Positions 10,860 to 20,638 of a stretch of 64,000 bases of DNA are shown here, one piece after another; the first letter of the stretch is position 1, and every line of letters starts with the position of its first letter. The notes under the pieces are model-generated. The model was given only the letters and a program-made list of their open reading frames with translations, was not told the origin of the DNA and made no database searches. Both the position numbers and the translations under genes were made by a program. Source of the DNA: Candidatus Fervidifonticultor secundus (GTDB lineage Bacteria > Sysuimicrobiota > Sysuimicrobiia > Sysuimicrobiales > Humicultoraceae); contig JAVKIP010000002.1 in NCBI GenBank assembly GCA_031459385.1, forward strand, positions 96,355 through 160,354. Reading direction: 5' to 3'.

Positions 10860-11408
10860 GTGACGCGCACGCTCCATCCCAGGGTCCCGCTGCTGGCGGC
10901 TGTCGGGCTGGTGGTCGCCGCGCTCGCCTTCGTCACCGCACGCGCTGGCCGCCAGACATCGATCTCCGGGGCTCTGGCACGGGGACTGGCCCCCGAGGCA
11001 CCGCCGTTCACCCTGCCGCGGCTGGATGGCGACGGGACTTTGGATCTGGCAGCACTGCGGGGCCGGGTCGTCGTGCTCAACTTCTGGGCGTCGTGGTGCG
11101 TGCCGTGTCGCGATGAGGCACCGCTGCTGGAGGCAGCCTGGCAACGCTACCGCGACCGGGGCGTCGTGGTCGTCGGCGTGAACGTGCAGGACCTCACCGC
11201 CGACGCCCAGCGGTTCGTGCGGGAGACACGAACGACGTTTCCGGTCGTGCGCGATCACGACAACCGCGTCTATCGGGCATACGGGCTGACCGGCGTGCCG
11301 GAGACGTTCTTCACCGACCGCCAGGGTCGCATCGTGCGCAAGTTCCCCGGGGCCGTGCTCGAGGCGGCAGAGTGGTTCCGCGCCGTGGAGGACGTGCTGG
11401 CGCGGTAG
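10860..11408 (+). CDS. Membrane-anchored TlpA/ResA-like thioredoxin
   Basis: N-terminal TM helix; NFWASWCVPC, GVPETF; GTG start after GGAGG. Confidence 0.88.
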   Translation: MTRTLHPRVPLLAAVGLVVAALAFVTARAGRQTSISGALARGLAPEAPPFTLPRLDGDGTLDLAALRGRVVVLNFWASWCVPCRDEAPLLEAAWQRYRDRGVVVVGVNVQDLTADAQRFVRETRTTFPVVRDHDNRVYRAYGLTGVPETFFTDRQGRIVRKFPGAVLEAAEWFRAVEDVLAR

Positions 11409-11480
11409 GCGGGGAGGTGGGCCGTGCGCTTGGCCGCCGCGGCCGGCGTGGCGCGGCACTGTGGTATACTCACGGCGGGC

Positions 11481-11556
11481 GCGCCCGTAGCTCAGCGGAA
11501 AGAGCAACTGGCTTCGAACCAGTAGGGCGGGGGTTCGACTCCCTCCGGGCGCGCCA
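11481..11556 (+). tRNA. tRNA-Arg(TCG)
   Basis: Acceptor GCGCCCG/CGGGCGC, anticodon arm ACTGG-CT TCG AA-CCAGT, GTTCGA T-loop, encoded CCA; TATACT -10 at 11465. Confidence 0.93.
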
Positions 11557-11731
11557 GTTCCGCCGCCGTCTACACCCGGGGCGCAAGCGACGCACCGCCG
11601 CCAAGCCACAGCGCGCGGGGCATCCCCGGCCCGTGGTCCGTCTCGACTCGCACATCCCTCTTGCCGGCAGGCAGGAACGCGTTGCCCCGGCAGGACATGG
11701 CTGCCAGCGCGCCCAATCGTGACCCCGCGAC

Positions 11732-12805
11732 ATGGGACATCCGGGCGGCCACCAGAAGCCTCGTGTGGATGCTGACGCCCCCCTGGTGCACGCGGGGCGC
11801 GTGGCCTGCGCCTCCGGCGACGCTCTGACGCGCGACGACCTGCTGACGATCCTCTACTACATGCGCCTGCAGCGGGCCGTCGAAGACCGCGGGATCAAGC
11901 TCTACTACCAGGGGAAGATCCCGGGGGCCTACTTCACCGGGTGGGGACACGAGGCCATCGTCGTGGGCGCTACCTACGCGCTGGGTCCCCAGGACCTGAT
12001 CGCGCCCATGCACCGGGACCTGGCGGCCTACATCATGCGGGGCATCTCCGTGGCCCGCGTCTTCGCCCAGTTCCTCGACCGCGAAGGGGGGCCCACCCGC
12101 GGCCGCGACGGCAACGTGCACATGGGCGATCCGCGCCTGGGCATCCTGCCGTTCATCAGCCACATGGCCGCGTCGGTGCCGGTGGCGGCGGGGATGGCGC
12201 TGGCCTGCCGGCAGCGCGGCGAGGACCGGGTGGTGCTCACCTTCTTCGGCGACGGTGCCACCAGTACCGGGGCGTGGCACGAAGGGGTCAACTTCGCGGC
12301 GGTCATGCGGCTGCCGGTGGTGCTGGTGCTGGAGAACAACCAGTACGCGTACTCGACCCCGCTGGTCCGCCAGACGGCGGCACGCGCCCTGATGGACAAG
12401 GCGGTGGGCTACGGCATGCCCGGCGCGGCGGTGGATGGCAACGATGTCCTCGCGGTGTTTCGGGCCGCGCGCGAGGCAGTGGCACGGGCCCGCCGGGGGG
12501 AGGGGCCCACCCTGATCGAGTGCCGGACGATGCGGGTTCGGGGGCACAGCGAAGCCGACCGGTACGCGTACGTCCCGCAGGATCTCCTCGCGCAGTGGCG
12601 GGCGCGGGACCCCATCGCGCTCTTCGAGCGGCTGCTGCAGGGCGACGGCGTGCTGACCGCCGACATCGACCGCGCCATGCGCGACCGCATCGCCCGCGAG
12701 ATCGAGGACGGCCTCGCCTGGGCCGAGGCGAGCCCGGAGCCGTCGTCCGCGTCGGTGGCCGAAGGCGTCTACGCTGCACCGGAGGATGACTCGCCGTGGC
12801 GCTGA
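11732..12805 (+). CDS. TPP-dependent 2-oxoacid dehydrogenase E1 alpha subunit (start uncertain)
   Basis: GHEA, HRD, FFGDGA...NNQYA TPP motif, VDGNDV, GHSEAD. Confidence 0.9.
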   Translation: MGHPGGHQKPRVDADAPLVHAGRVACASGDALTRDDLLTILYYMRLQRAVEDRGIKLYYQGKIPGAYFTGWGHEAIVVGATYALGPQDLIAPMHRDLAAYIMRGISVARVFAQFLDREGGPTRGRDGNVHMGDPRLGILPFISHMAASVPVAAGMALACRQRGEDRVVLTFFGDGATSTGAWHEGVNFAAVMRLPVVLVLENNQYAYSTPLVRQTAARALMDKAVGYGMPGAAVDGNDVLAVFRAAREAVARARRGEGPTLIECRTMRVRGHSEADRYAYVPQDLLAQWRARDPIALFERLLQGDGVLTADIDRAMRDRIAREIEDGLAWAEASPEPSSASVAEGVYAAPEDDSPWR

Positions 12806-13770
12806 TGACCTACCTGGAGGCGATCCGCGACGCCCTGTTGGTGGCGATGCGCCAGGATCCCCGGGTCTTCCTCATCGGTGAGGACATCGGCGTCTACGGC
12901 GGCGCCTTCGGGATCACCCGCGGCTTCCTGGACGAGTTCGGGCCGCTGCGGGTGATCGACGGCCCGCTGGCCGAGACGGCCAACGTCGGCGCTGGCGTGG
13001 GCGCCGCCGTGATGGGCATGCGCCCGGTGGTGGAGATGCAGTTTGCCGACTTCGTCACGGATGCGATGACCCAGGTCGTGAACATGGCGGCGACGTTCCA
13101 CTACCGCACCGGGTGCCCGCTGCCGCTGGTGATCCGCCTGCCCTACGGGGGCGACGTGAAGGGCGGGCCGTTCCACTCGCAGTGCAAGGAGGCCTGGTTC
13201 GTCCACACGCCCGGCCTGAAGGTGGTGGCGCCGGCGTTCGCCGAGGACGCCAAGGGCCTGCTGCTCGCGGCGATCCGCGACCCCAACCCCGTGCTCTACT
13301 TCGAGCACAAGCACCTGTACCGCTACCAGAAGGAAGACGTGCCCGAGGGCGACTATACGACGCCTGTGGGCACAGCGCGCGTGGTGCGCGAGGGCTCGAC
13401 GCTCTCGGTGTTCTCCTACGGCTGGATGCTCCACAAGTGCCTGCAGGCCGCCGATCGGGTCGCGGCGGAGGGGATCCTCCCGGAGGTCGTGGACCTGCGC
13501 AGCCTGGCACCGCTGGATACGGGTACGGTCCTCGCGTCGGTGCGCCGCACCGGCAAGGCCCTCATTGCGTACGAGGCCAACCGCACCGGCGGTGTGGGTG
13601 CTGAAGTGGCGGCGCTCATCGCCGAGGAGGCGTTCGAGAACCTGGACGGGCCGGTCGTGCGGGTCGCCAGTGCGGATGCTCCCGTGCCGCACAGCCCGGT
13701 GCTGGAAGCCGCCTTCCAGCCGCAGGTGGAGGACCTCGCCACGGCGATGCGCCGGCTGGCTGCCTATTGA
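12796..13770 (+). CDS. 2-oxoacid dehydrogenase E1 beta subunit
   Basis: GEDIGVYGGAF, VEMQFADF, GPFHSQ, EHKHLY, VDLRSLAPLD. Confidence 0.92.
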   Translation: MALMTYLEAIRDALLVAMRQDPRVFLIGEDIGVYGGAFGITRGFLDEFGPLRVIDGPLAETANVGAGVGAAVMGMRPVVEMQFADFVTDAMTQVVNMAATFHYRTGCPLPLVIRLPYGGDVKGGPFHSQCKEAWFVHTPGLKVVAPAFAEDAKGLLLAAIRDPNPVLYFEHKHLYRYQKEDVPEGDYTTPVGTARVVREGSTLSVFSYGWMLHKCLQAADRVAAEGILPEVVDLRSLAPLDTGTVLASVRRTGKALIAYEANRTGGVGAEVAALIAEEAFENLDGPVVRVASADAPVPHSPVLEAAFQPQVEDLATAMRRLAAY

Positions 13771-13934
13771 GGGTCCGGCAGGTCCGCGTATCCGGGCATG
13801 GGCCTGCCCTGGGGCTGCTCGGGGGGCGGCCGACGTGTGGGTCGTCCGCGCCCACATGATCGCCACGCTGGACCCGGGCGCGAGGCTGGCGCTTTGCGAG
13901 GAGCGAGGGGACCACACGGTCGAATAGCGCTTCT

Positions 13935-16196
13935 ATGGCGCGCTCTGCCTATCGCGGCGCACGCATCAAGCGGCTGGAAGATCCACGGCTCCTTACGGGG
14001 CACGGGACGTACACCGGCGATCTCACCGCGCCGGGGCTTGGGTACGTGGCGATGGTGCGTAGCCCCCTGGCGCACGCTCGGGTGCGCGGCATCCGTGCGC
14101 CGGCGGGTATCGCGGTGATCACGGCGCGCGACATCCCTGACCTGCCCCACCTGACCGGAGAGATCAAGGGCGGTGCCGTCGTGCGGCACCCGGTGCTCGC
14201 CATCGACCGGGTGTGCTACGTGGGGCAGCCGGTAGCGATAGTGGTGGCGGACGATCCCCACGCGGCAGCCGACGCCGCGGAGCGCGTCGAGGTGGACTAC
14301 GAGGCCCTGCCGGTCCTGGCAGACCCGGAGGAGGCCCTGGCGTCGGGCGCCCGTGCCATCCACGACGGGCTCACATCCAACGTCGCCTACCGGCGGTACC
14401 GCAAGTGCGGCGACCCCGACGCCGCCTTCGCCGGCGCACCGGTGGTTGTCAGGCAGCGCATCAGGCACCAGCGCCTGGCGGCCGTCCCGCTGGAGCCCCG
14501 CGCGGTGCTGGCTGTGCCGCCGTCGGGCCGACGGTCGCGGCGCCTGACCGTCTGGTCGTCCACCCAGATGCCGCACGACCTAGGGGGGCTGCTGGCGGCG
14601 TTGCCCCACCTCGCGGGCCTGCGGATCAGGGTCATTGCGCCGGACGTGGGCGGCGGCTTCGGCGCCAAGATCAACATCTATCCCGAGGAGCTCCTCGTCC
14701 CGATCCTGGCGGTGCGCCTCGGGCGTCCCCTGAAGTGGGTGCAGACGCGCCGCGAGGACCTGCTGGCCACCAGCCACGGCCGGGCCCAGTTCGCCGATGT
14801 GGAGCTGGCCGCGGACCGCGACGGGCGCGTCCGGGGACTGCGGATGCGGATCGTCGCCGACGTGGGCGCCTACATGCTCTCCACCACCGCCGAGGTGCCC
14901 ACGCTGACAGCGCCCATGGCCTCCGGTCCCTACCACATCACGGACGCCGAGATCGAGCTGGTGGAAGTCTACACGAACCGGATGCCGACGGGCGCGTACC
15001 GCGGCGCGGGGCGGCCGGAGGCCGCGTTCTACCTTGAACGGATGCTGGATCTGCTCGCCCGCGATGTCGGCCTGGACCCTGCAGAGGTGCGGCGGCGGAA
15101 CTTCATACCGCCGGACCGGTTCCCGTACCGGAACGTCTCGGGGTACGTCTACGATAGCGGCGACTACGCCCGGGCCCTCGACCGCGCCCTGGACGCCGCA
15201 GACTATGCCGGATGGCGGGCGCGGCAGGCCGAGGGTCGGCAGCAGGGACGGTATCTGGGCATCGGCATCGCCAGCTACGTGGAGTGGTGCACCTACGGCG
15301 AGGACCGCGTGCGCGTGGAGGTGGACGCGGCCGGCATGATCACGGTCTTTACCGGCATCTCGCCGCACGGGCAGGGTACCGCCACCGGGCTGGCGCAGGT
15401 CGTAGCCGACGTGCTGGGCGCGCCGCTCGAGGCCGTGACGGTGGTGCACGGCGACACCGGGCGGGTCCCCCGGGGCGAGGGAACCGCCGGCAGCCGGTCG
15501 CTGGTCGTGGGCGGGACCGCCGCCTACCGTGCGTCGCAGAGCCTCCGCCGGAAGCTCCTGGCGCTGGCAGCGGCGCGCCTTGAGGCCCGCGTGGAGGATC
15601 TGGTTCTGGCCGACGGCCGTATCCACGTCGCCGGGACTCCCGAGCGCGGCCTGACCGTGGGAGGGCTGGTCGCCGATACCGGCCGGGGCCGGCTGTGGGC
15701 GCGCGGCGCATTCGACGCTGGTGACGCCACCTTCCCGTTCGGCACCCACGTGGCCGTCGTGGAGATCGATCCCGACACCGGGCAGGTCCGGCTGCTCCAG
15801 TACGTCGCGGTCGACGACTGCGGGGTCGTCATCAACCCGCTCCTGGTAGATGGGCAGATCCACGGCGGTGTGACGCAAGGTCTGGCCCAGGCGCTCTACG
15901 AGGATCTCGTCTATGACGGCGCGGGACAGCTGGTGACGGCGTCCCTGGCCGACTATGCCGTGCCACGGGCGCCCATGGTGCCCCGCGTCCAGGCCTACCG
16001 CACGGAGACGCCGACTCCCCGCAATCCTCTCGGCGCGAAGGGCGTGGGGGAAGCCGGCACGATCGGCGCCGCACCGGCCGTGGTGAACGCGGTCATGGAT
16101 GCCCTGGCGCCGTGGGGTGTGCGTCATCTGGACATGCCGCTGTGGCCTGGCACGATCTGGCGCGCGCTCCACGCGGCCCGGCGCGGCACGGTCTAG
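13935..16196 (+). CDS. Xanthine dehydrogenase-family molybdopterin-binding subunit (CoxL form II-like)
   Basis: EDPRLLTG, DVGGGFGAK, AYRGAGRPE, HGQG, GQIHGG, KGVGEAG. Confidence 0.9.
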   Translation: MARSAYRGARIKRLEDPRLLTGHGTYTGDLTAPGLGYVAMVRSPLAHARVRGIRAPAGIAVITARDIPDLPHLTGEIKGGAVVRHPVLAIDRVCYVGQPVAIVVADDPHAAADAAERVEVDYEALPVLADPEEALASGARAIHDGLTSNVAYRRYRKCGDPDAAFAGAPVVVRQRIRHQRLAAVPLEPRAVLAVPPSGRRSRRLTVWSSTQMPHDLGGLLAALPHLAGLRIRVIAPDVGGGFGAKINIYPEELLVPILAVRLGRPLKWVQTRREDLLATSHGRAQFADVELAADRDGRVRGLRMRIVADVGAYMLSTTAEVPTLTAPMASGPYHITDAEIELVEVYTNRMPTGAYRGAGRPEAAFYLERMLDLLARDVGLDPAEVRRRNFIPPDRFPYRNVSGYVYDSGDYARALDRALDAADYAGWRARQAEGRQQGRYLGIGIASYVEWCTYGEDRVRVEVDAAGMITVFTGISPHGQGTATGLAQVVADVLGAPLEAVTVVHGDTGRVPRGEGTAGSRSLVVGGTAAYRASQSLRRKLLALAAARLEARVEDLVLADGRIHVAGTPERGLTVGGLVADTGRGRLWARGAFDAGDATFPFGTHVAVVEIDPDTGQVRLLQYVAVDDCGVVINPLLVDGQIHGGVTQGLAQALYEDLVYDGAGQLVTASLADYAVPRAPMVPRVQAYRTETPTPRNPLGAKGVGEAGTIGAAPAVVNAVMDALAPWGVRHLDMPLWPGTIWRALHAARRGTV

Positions 16197-18817
16197 CGGC
16201 CCGTCGCGCGCCCTGCCCAGGTGATGCGGCGCTGGAGGCGCGTGAGCGCCGCAGGCAGGTCGATGGCCCCGCGGAGCACCAGGGCCATCGGGTCGGCGAT
16301 GGCCGCGAAGCGCTTCGGCACCGTGGCCAGGGTGAACCGCGCCGGATCCAGGCGCCTGGTGACCTCGGACCAGCGCAGCGGGCAGGAAGCCGGCGCCCCG
16401 GGGGTGGGGCGGAGCGAGAACGGCGCCACGATGGTCCGACCGGGGCCGTTCTGCCCGAAGTCGATGTAGACTCGGCCGCCGCGGGCCTCCAGGGGCCGGG
16501 CCACCGTCGCGATCGCCGGTGCTACCTCCACGGCAAGCAACGCCAGCAGCCGGCCGAAGGTGCGTGCTTCCTCGTAGGTGTACCGGGCGCCGAGCGGCAC
16601 CAGGACGTGCAGGCCGCTGCCCCCGGACGTCTTCACGTAGTGTGAGAGGTGCATCTCCTCGAGGAGGCGATGCAGGACGCGCGCCACCGCCACGCAGTCC
16701 GCGAAGGGCGCGTCCTTGGGGTCGAGGTCCAGCACGAGCCAGTCAGGCCGCTCCAGGCTGCCAAGGCGCGACGCCCAGATGTGGAGCGGAATCGTGCCGA
16801 GGTTGGCGACGTAGCGCAGGGTCTCCACGTCGTTCACGATGAAGTAGTTGATCTCCCGCTCGGCGTCCGTGGAGTAGATCCGCTCGGTGCGTACCCACGC
16901 CGGCACGAAGGCCGGCGCATCCTTCTGAAAGAACGCCTTTCCGGCGATGCCGTCAGGGTAGCGCGTGAGCACCACAGGCCGGTTCTGGAGATACGGCAGG
17001 AGGACGTGGGCGACGGCCTCATAGTAGGCGATCAGGTCGCCCTTGGTGTAGCCCTCCTGTGGCCAGAAGACCTTGGTCGCGTTCGTGATGCGTACCCGCG
17101 GCAGCGCGGTCGGTCCCCGCACGCGACCGACGGCGCCCGCGCCGGCTGGCGCCTCCGCCGCCCGCGGCGGAGGCGCAGACTCGGAGACCTCGCGCCGGCA
17201 CTCTTCGGGCCTGCGGTCCGGGCGCAGTCCGAGGAACACCGGATGCCGCAGCCCGCCGTCCTGCGTCCACTCCGCGAAGCGCACCTCGCAGACCAGGCGC
17301 GGCTCCACCCACCGGTGCCCGCGTCCGGCCGGCGTGCCGACCTCGAACGGCGACGTGGGGCGCGCCAGCGGCCGCAGCGCGTCCCACACTCGGGTCAGCG
17401 CGGCATCGTCGAACCCCGCCCCGACCTTCGAGATGTAGACCAGGCGGCCGTCGTCGTACAGGCCGAGGTGGAGCGCGCCGAAGCAGCTCCGGGAGCCCCG
17501 CGGTTGGGTGTACCCGCCGATGACGAACTCCTGGCGCTGCTGGCACTTGACCTTCACCCAGTCGCGCGACCGCCCGGCCGCGTAGGCACTCGCGGCGCGC
17601 TTGGCCACGATCCCTTCCAGGCGCTGCTCCGCGACCAGCTCATAGAACGCCTCGCCGTGCTCCGCGACATGGTCGCCATAACGCACCACGCCCAGCGGGG
17701 GCACCACCAGGCGCAGGCACGCCTTCCGCACCACCAGTGGCAGGCGGCGGAGGTCGTGCCCCTCGAGCGCCAGACAGTCGAAGAAGATGCCCGCGACCGG
17801 CTGGGTGTGCAGCGCGGCCGCCACGTCGGCCGGCCGCCGCAACAGCATGCGGGCCTGGAGACGCTGGAAGCTCGGGTGCCCATGTTCGTCGAAGGCCACG
17901 ATCTCGCCGTCCAAGACGAAGCGCTGCACGGGGAGCAGGCGCAACGCCCGCACGATCTCCGGGTAGCGGCCGCTCACCGCCTGGCCGCTACGCCCGACCA
18001 GCTCCACCGCCTCACCCCGCCGCTCGGCCAGCACCCGCACGCCGTCGTACTTCACCTCGAAGATCCAGTCGGGGCGCGAGAACGGACGCGCGGCCGCGGT
18101 GGCCAGCATGAACTCCTGGGTCCTGGCCGACACCTCCCCGCGCGGTGCCCGGGCCATCCGCAGCTGTGTCGCGATGGCCTGCAGGCGCACCGAAGGGTCG
18201 CGCATCTCCTCCACCGTCAGCCCCGAGCGCACCGAGTGCGGGTACCGGGCGGTCAGTTCCTCGCCGCCGCTGCCGGGGCCGGCCTTCTTGATCAGCAGCC
18301 AGTCCCGTTCCGACCTCGCCATGCGGACCAGCATCCAGTGGCCGCGCAGCTTGTACCCGAAGAGCTCGACCTCGAGCCGGCCGCGCGCCAGGTGCGCCAG
18401 TGGATCGCCCGGCGTGACGAGGCGGTACGTCCCGGCATCCCAGACGATGACCGCGCCAGCCCCGTAGTTGCCCGGCGGGATGACCCCCTCGAACTCGGCG
18501 TACTCCACCGGGTGGTCCTCCACGTGCACCGCCAGGCGCTTCTCTTCCGGTTTCACCGACGGGCCGTGGGGGACGGCCCAGCTCTTCAGCACGCCGCCCA
18601 TCTCCAGGCGGAAGTCGTAGTGGAGGCGGCGGGCCGCGTGCTGCTGGACGACGAACCGCGGCGGGCCGGCACCGTGGAGTCCTTCGAACGGTTCGGGCGT
18701 CTGTTCGGGATCGCGCTTGCGCCGGTAGACGGCGAGCGGTCCCTCCGAGGGCGCGGCTGATCGTCCCGGCACCCCAGCCGGCCCGGGGGCGCGGGCTTGA
18801 GCACGCCGGGGCTTCAT
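16193..18817 (-). CDS. ligD: NHEJ DNA ligase D (phosphoesterase-ligase-polymerase order); start uncertain
   Basis: PE domain FVVQQHAARRLHYDFRLE; ligase FEVKYDG, EGIVAK, WVKVK; polymerase domain TNATKVFWP..TKGDL, DLDP, KTSG. Confidence 0.93.
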   Translation of the reverse strand: MKPRRAQARAPGPAGVPGRSAAPSEGPLAVYRRKRDPEQTPEPFEGLHGAGPPRFVVQQHAARRLHYDFRLEMGGVLKSWAVPHGPSVKPEEKRLAVHVEDHPVEYAEFEGVIPPGNYGAGAVIVWDAGTYRLVTPGDPLAHLARGRLEVELFGYKLRGHWMLVRMARSERDWLLIKKAGPGSGGEELTARYPHSVRSGLTVEEMRDPSVRLQAIATQLRMARAPRGEVSARTQEFMLATAAARPFSRPDWIFEVKYDGVRVLAERRGEAVELVGRSGQAVSGRYPEIVRALRLLPVQRFVLDGEIVAFDEHGHPSFQRLQARMLLRRPADVAAALHTQPVAGIFFDCLALEGHDLRRLPLVVRKACLRLVVPPLGVVRYGDHVAEHGEAFYELVAEQRLEGIVAKRAASAYAAGRSRDWVKVKCQQRQEFVIGGYTQPRGSRSCFGALHLGLYDDGRLVYISKVGAGFDDAALTRVWDALRPLARPTSPFEVGTPAGRGHRWVEPRLVCEVRFAEWTQDGGLRHPVFLGLRPDRRPEECRREVSESAPPPRAAEAPAGAGAVGRVRGPTALPRVRITNATKVFWPQEGYTKGDLIAYYEAVAHVLLPYLQNRPVVLTRYPDGIAGKAFFQKDAPAFVPAWVRTERIYSTDAEREINYFIVNDVETLRYVANLGTIPLHIWASRLGSLERPDWLVLDLDPKDAPFADCVAVARVLHRLLEEMHLSHYVKTSGGSGLHVLVPLGARYTYEEARTFGRLLALLAVEVAPAIATVARPLEARGGRVYIDFGQNGPGRTIVAPFSLRPTPGAPASCPLRWSEVTRRLDPARFTLATVPKRFAAIADPMALVLRGAIDLPAALTRLQRRITWAGRATGR

Positions 18818-18861
18818 GCTATCGTACGAGACACCTTTCGGTGCCTCCGGGGGAACCGCCG

Positions 18862-19719
18862 ATGCCACCGCATGCGATCGGTTCCGGGACGATCTCGTTC
18901 GGGCTCGTCGCCATTCCGATCAAACTCTACACTGCCACTGCGCCAGGGGGAATCCGGTTCAACATGCTCCATGCCCGCTGCGGGACCCGTGTCCGGCAGC
19001 AGTACGTCTGCCCCGTAGACCAGGTGGTCGTGGACCGCGCCGAGATCGTCAAGGGCTACGAGTACGCCAAGGACCAATACGTGCAGGTGACCGACGAGGA
19101 GCTGAAGGCGCTAGAGGGCGACGCATCCCGCGTGATCGACATCGCCGAGTTCGTGCCGCTACCGCACGTGGACCCGATCTACTTCGAGAAGACCTACTAC
19201 CTGGGGCCCGACAAGGGCGGCGAGAAGGCGTACCGGCTCCTGGCAGACGCCATGGTCAAGACGAACCGCGTGGCGCTCGCGACGTTCGTCATGCACGGGA
19301 AAGAGAGCCTGGTGTTGATCCGGGCAGCTCAGGGCGGGCTCATGCTGCACACGATGTACTTCGCCGACGAGGTGCGCAGCTTCAAGGAAATCGGCCGCAG
19401 CGAAGACGTCAAAGTCAGGGACGGCGAGTTGCAGCTGGCGGTCAAGCTCATCGACGAACTGGCGACGGATGGGTTCGCGCCCGAGAAGTACCGGGACGAG
19501 TACCGGCTCCGTGTCCTCGACCTCATCAACACCAAAGTGGCGGGCAAGGAGGTCACGCCGGTGGGCCCGCAGGTACAGCGCGCCCAAGTGATCGATCTCA
19601 TGGAGGCGCTGAAGAAGAGCCTGGAGACGCGCATGTCGCGAGAGAGGAAGCCGGCCGCGCGGGCTCGGCGCCCAGCGGCGGCGCCTGCGGCGGGGAGGGC
19701 GCGGGCTGCCAGGAAATGA
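18862..19719 (+). CDS. ku: NHEJ DNA end-binding protein Ku
   Basis: GTISFGLVAIPIKLY, IVKGYE, DPIYFEKTYYL, YRDEY, VIDLMEALKKS, basic C-terminal tail. Confidence 0.95.
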   Translation: MPPHAIGSGTISFGLVAIPIKLYTATAPGGIRFNMLHARCGTRVRQQYVCPVDQVVVDRAEIVKGYEYAKDQYVQVTDEELKALEGDASRVIDIAEFVPLPHVDPIYFEKTYYLGPDKGGEKAYRLLADAMVKTNRVALATFVMHGKESLVLIRAAQGGLMLHTMYFADEVRSFKEIGRSEDVKVRDGELQLAVKLIDELATDGFAPEKYRDEYRLRVLDLINTKVAGKEVTPVGPQVQRAQVIDLMEALKKSLETRMSRERKPAARARRPAAAPAAGRARAARK

Positions 19720-20549
19720 TGCACTTCACCACCCGTGAGGTGGCGAAGATCCTCGATCTGCCTGCATCCCGCATCCGTGCCTGCGTGCGCGCCGGTCTCG
19801 TCAGCCCGCGAAAGGGCCGGGGCCGGTCCCTGGAGTTCTCGTTCCAGGATCTGCTGCTCCTGAAGACGACCAGACGCCTGCTCGAAGCGCGGGTGCCGCT
19901 GGGGCGCATCCGTCGCCTGCTGCACTCGCTGCGGCGCCAGCTGCCAGACGACCGGCACCTGACCAGCCTGACGATCTACGCCGATGGCCGGCGGATCGTC
20001 GCCTGGGACGGGCAGGCTCGCTGGCAGCCCGACTCGGGACAGTTCTTGTTCAACTTCGACGTGCAGGATGTGGCGGAGGAGGTGGCGTTCCCGGTGCCCG
20101 GGCCAGGGCCCGGGAGTGCCCTGGGCGCCGAGGAGTGGTTCAACGTGGCCATTGAACTGGAGGGTGCCTCACCCGAGGAAGCCCGCCTCGCGTACCGGCA
20201 GGCGCTGGAACTCGATCCGGGGTTCGCGGACGCGCACACGAACCTGGGCCGGCTCTACCACCAGGCCGGGAACGTCGCGCAGGCCGAGGCGCACTACCGG
20301 CAGGCGATGGTCCACGCGCCTGATGACCCGATTCCCTGCTTCAACCTGGGAGTGCTCCTCGACGACCTGGGGCGTCGGGAGGAGGCGGCGCGGATGTACC
20401 GGCAGGCGCTGGCGCGCGATCCGCAGCTCGCCGACGCCCATTACAATCTGGGCCTGCTGTACGAGGCGATGGGCAGGCGCGCCGATGCCATCGCGCACCT
20501 CCGCACCGCCCGCGCGCTCTACGCCCGGCCGGTTGGGGCGCGCCGCTGA
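19716..20549 (+). CDS. MerR-type HTH plus TPR-repeat protein
   Basis: ATGA overlap with ku stop; FTTREVAKIL..FSFQDL HTH; TPR repeats ALELDP..AHTNLG, FNLG, AHYNLG. Confidence 0.82.
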   Translation: MMHFTTREVAKILDLPASRIRACVRAGLVSPRKGRGRSLEFSFQDLLLLKTTRRLLEARVPLGRIRRLLHSLRRQLPDDRHLTSLTIYADGRRIVAWDGQARWQPDSGQFLFNFDVQDVAEEVAFPVPGPGPGSALGAEEWFNVAIELEGASPEEARLAYRQALELDPGFADAHTNLGRLYHQAGNVAQAEAHYRQAMVHAPDDPIPCFNLGVLLDDLGRREEAARMYRQALARDPQLADAHYNLGLLYEAMGRRADAIAHLRTARALYARPVGARR

Positions 20550-20638
20550 AGCTGCGCTTTGGGGGAGTCACCCGGGGAATAGTCGAACCAGGGGAGAGCG
20601 TTGACGCCGACAGTAGCGTCGCCAGCCGGGAGTGCCTC

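Noticed and set aside
13771..13934. Possible Moco riboswitch before the molybdoenzyme gene
   Set aside because: GC-rich stems are possible, but the characteristic conserved Moco motifs were not recognised
18827..18840. Possible LexA box between ligD and ku (CGAGACACCTTTCG)
   Set aside because: Three mismatches to CGAAC-N4-GTTCG
18816..19715. 577-aa ORF appearing to extend the TPR protein across ku
   Set aside because: The upstream part is an alternative frame of ku with low-complexity translation; the real start is ATG 19716
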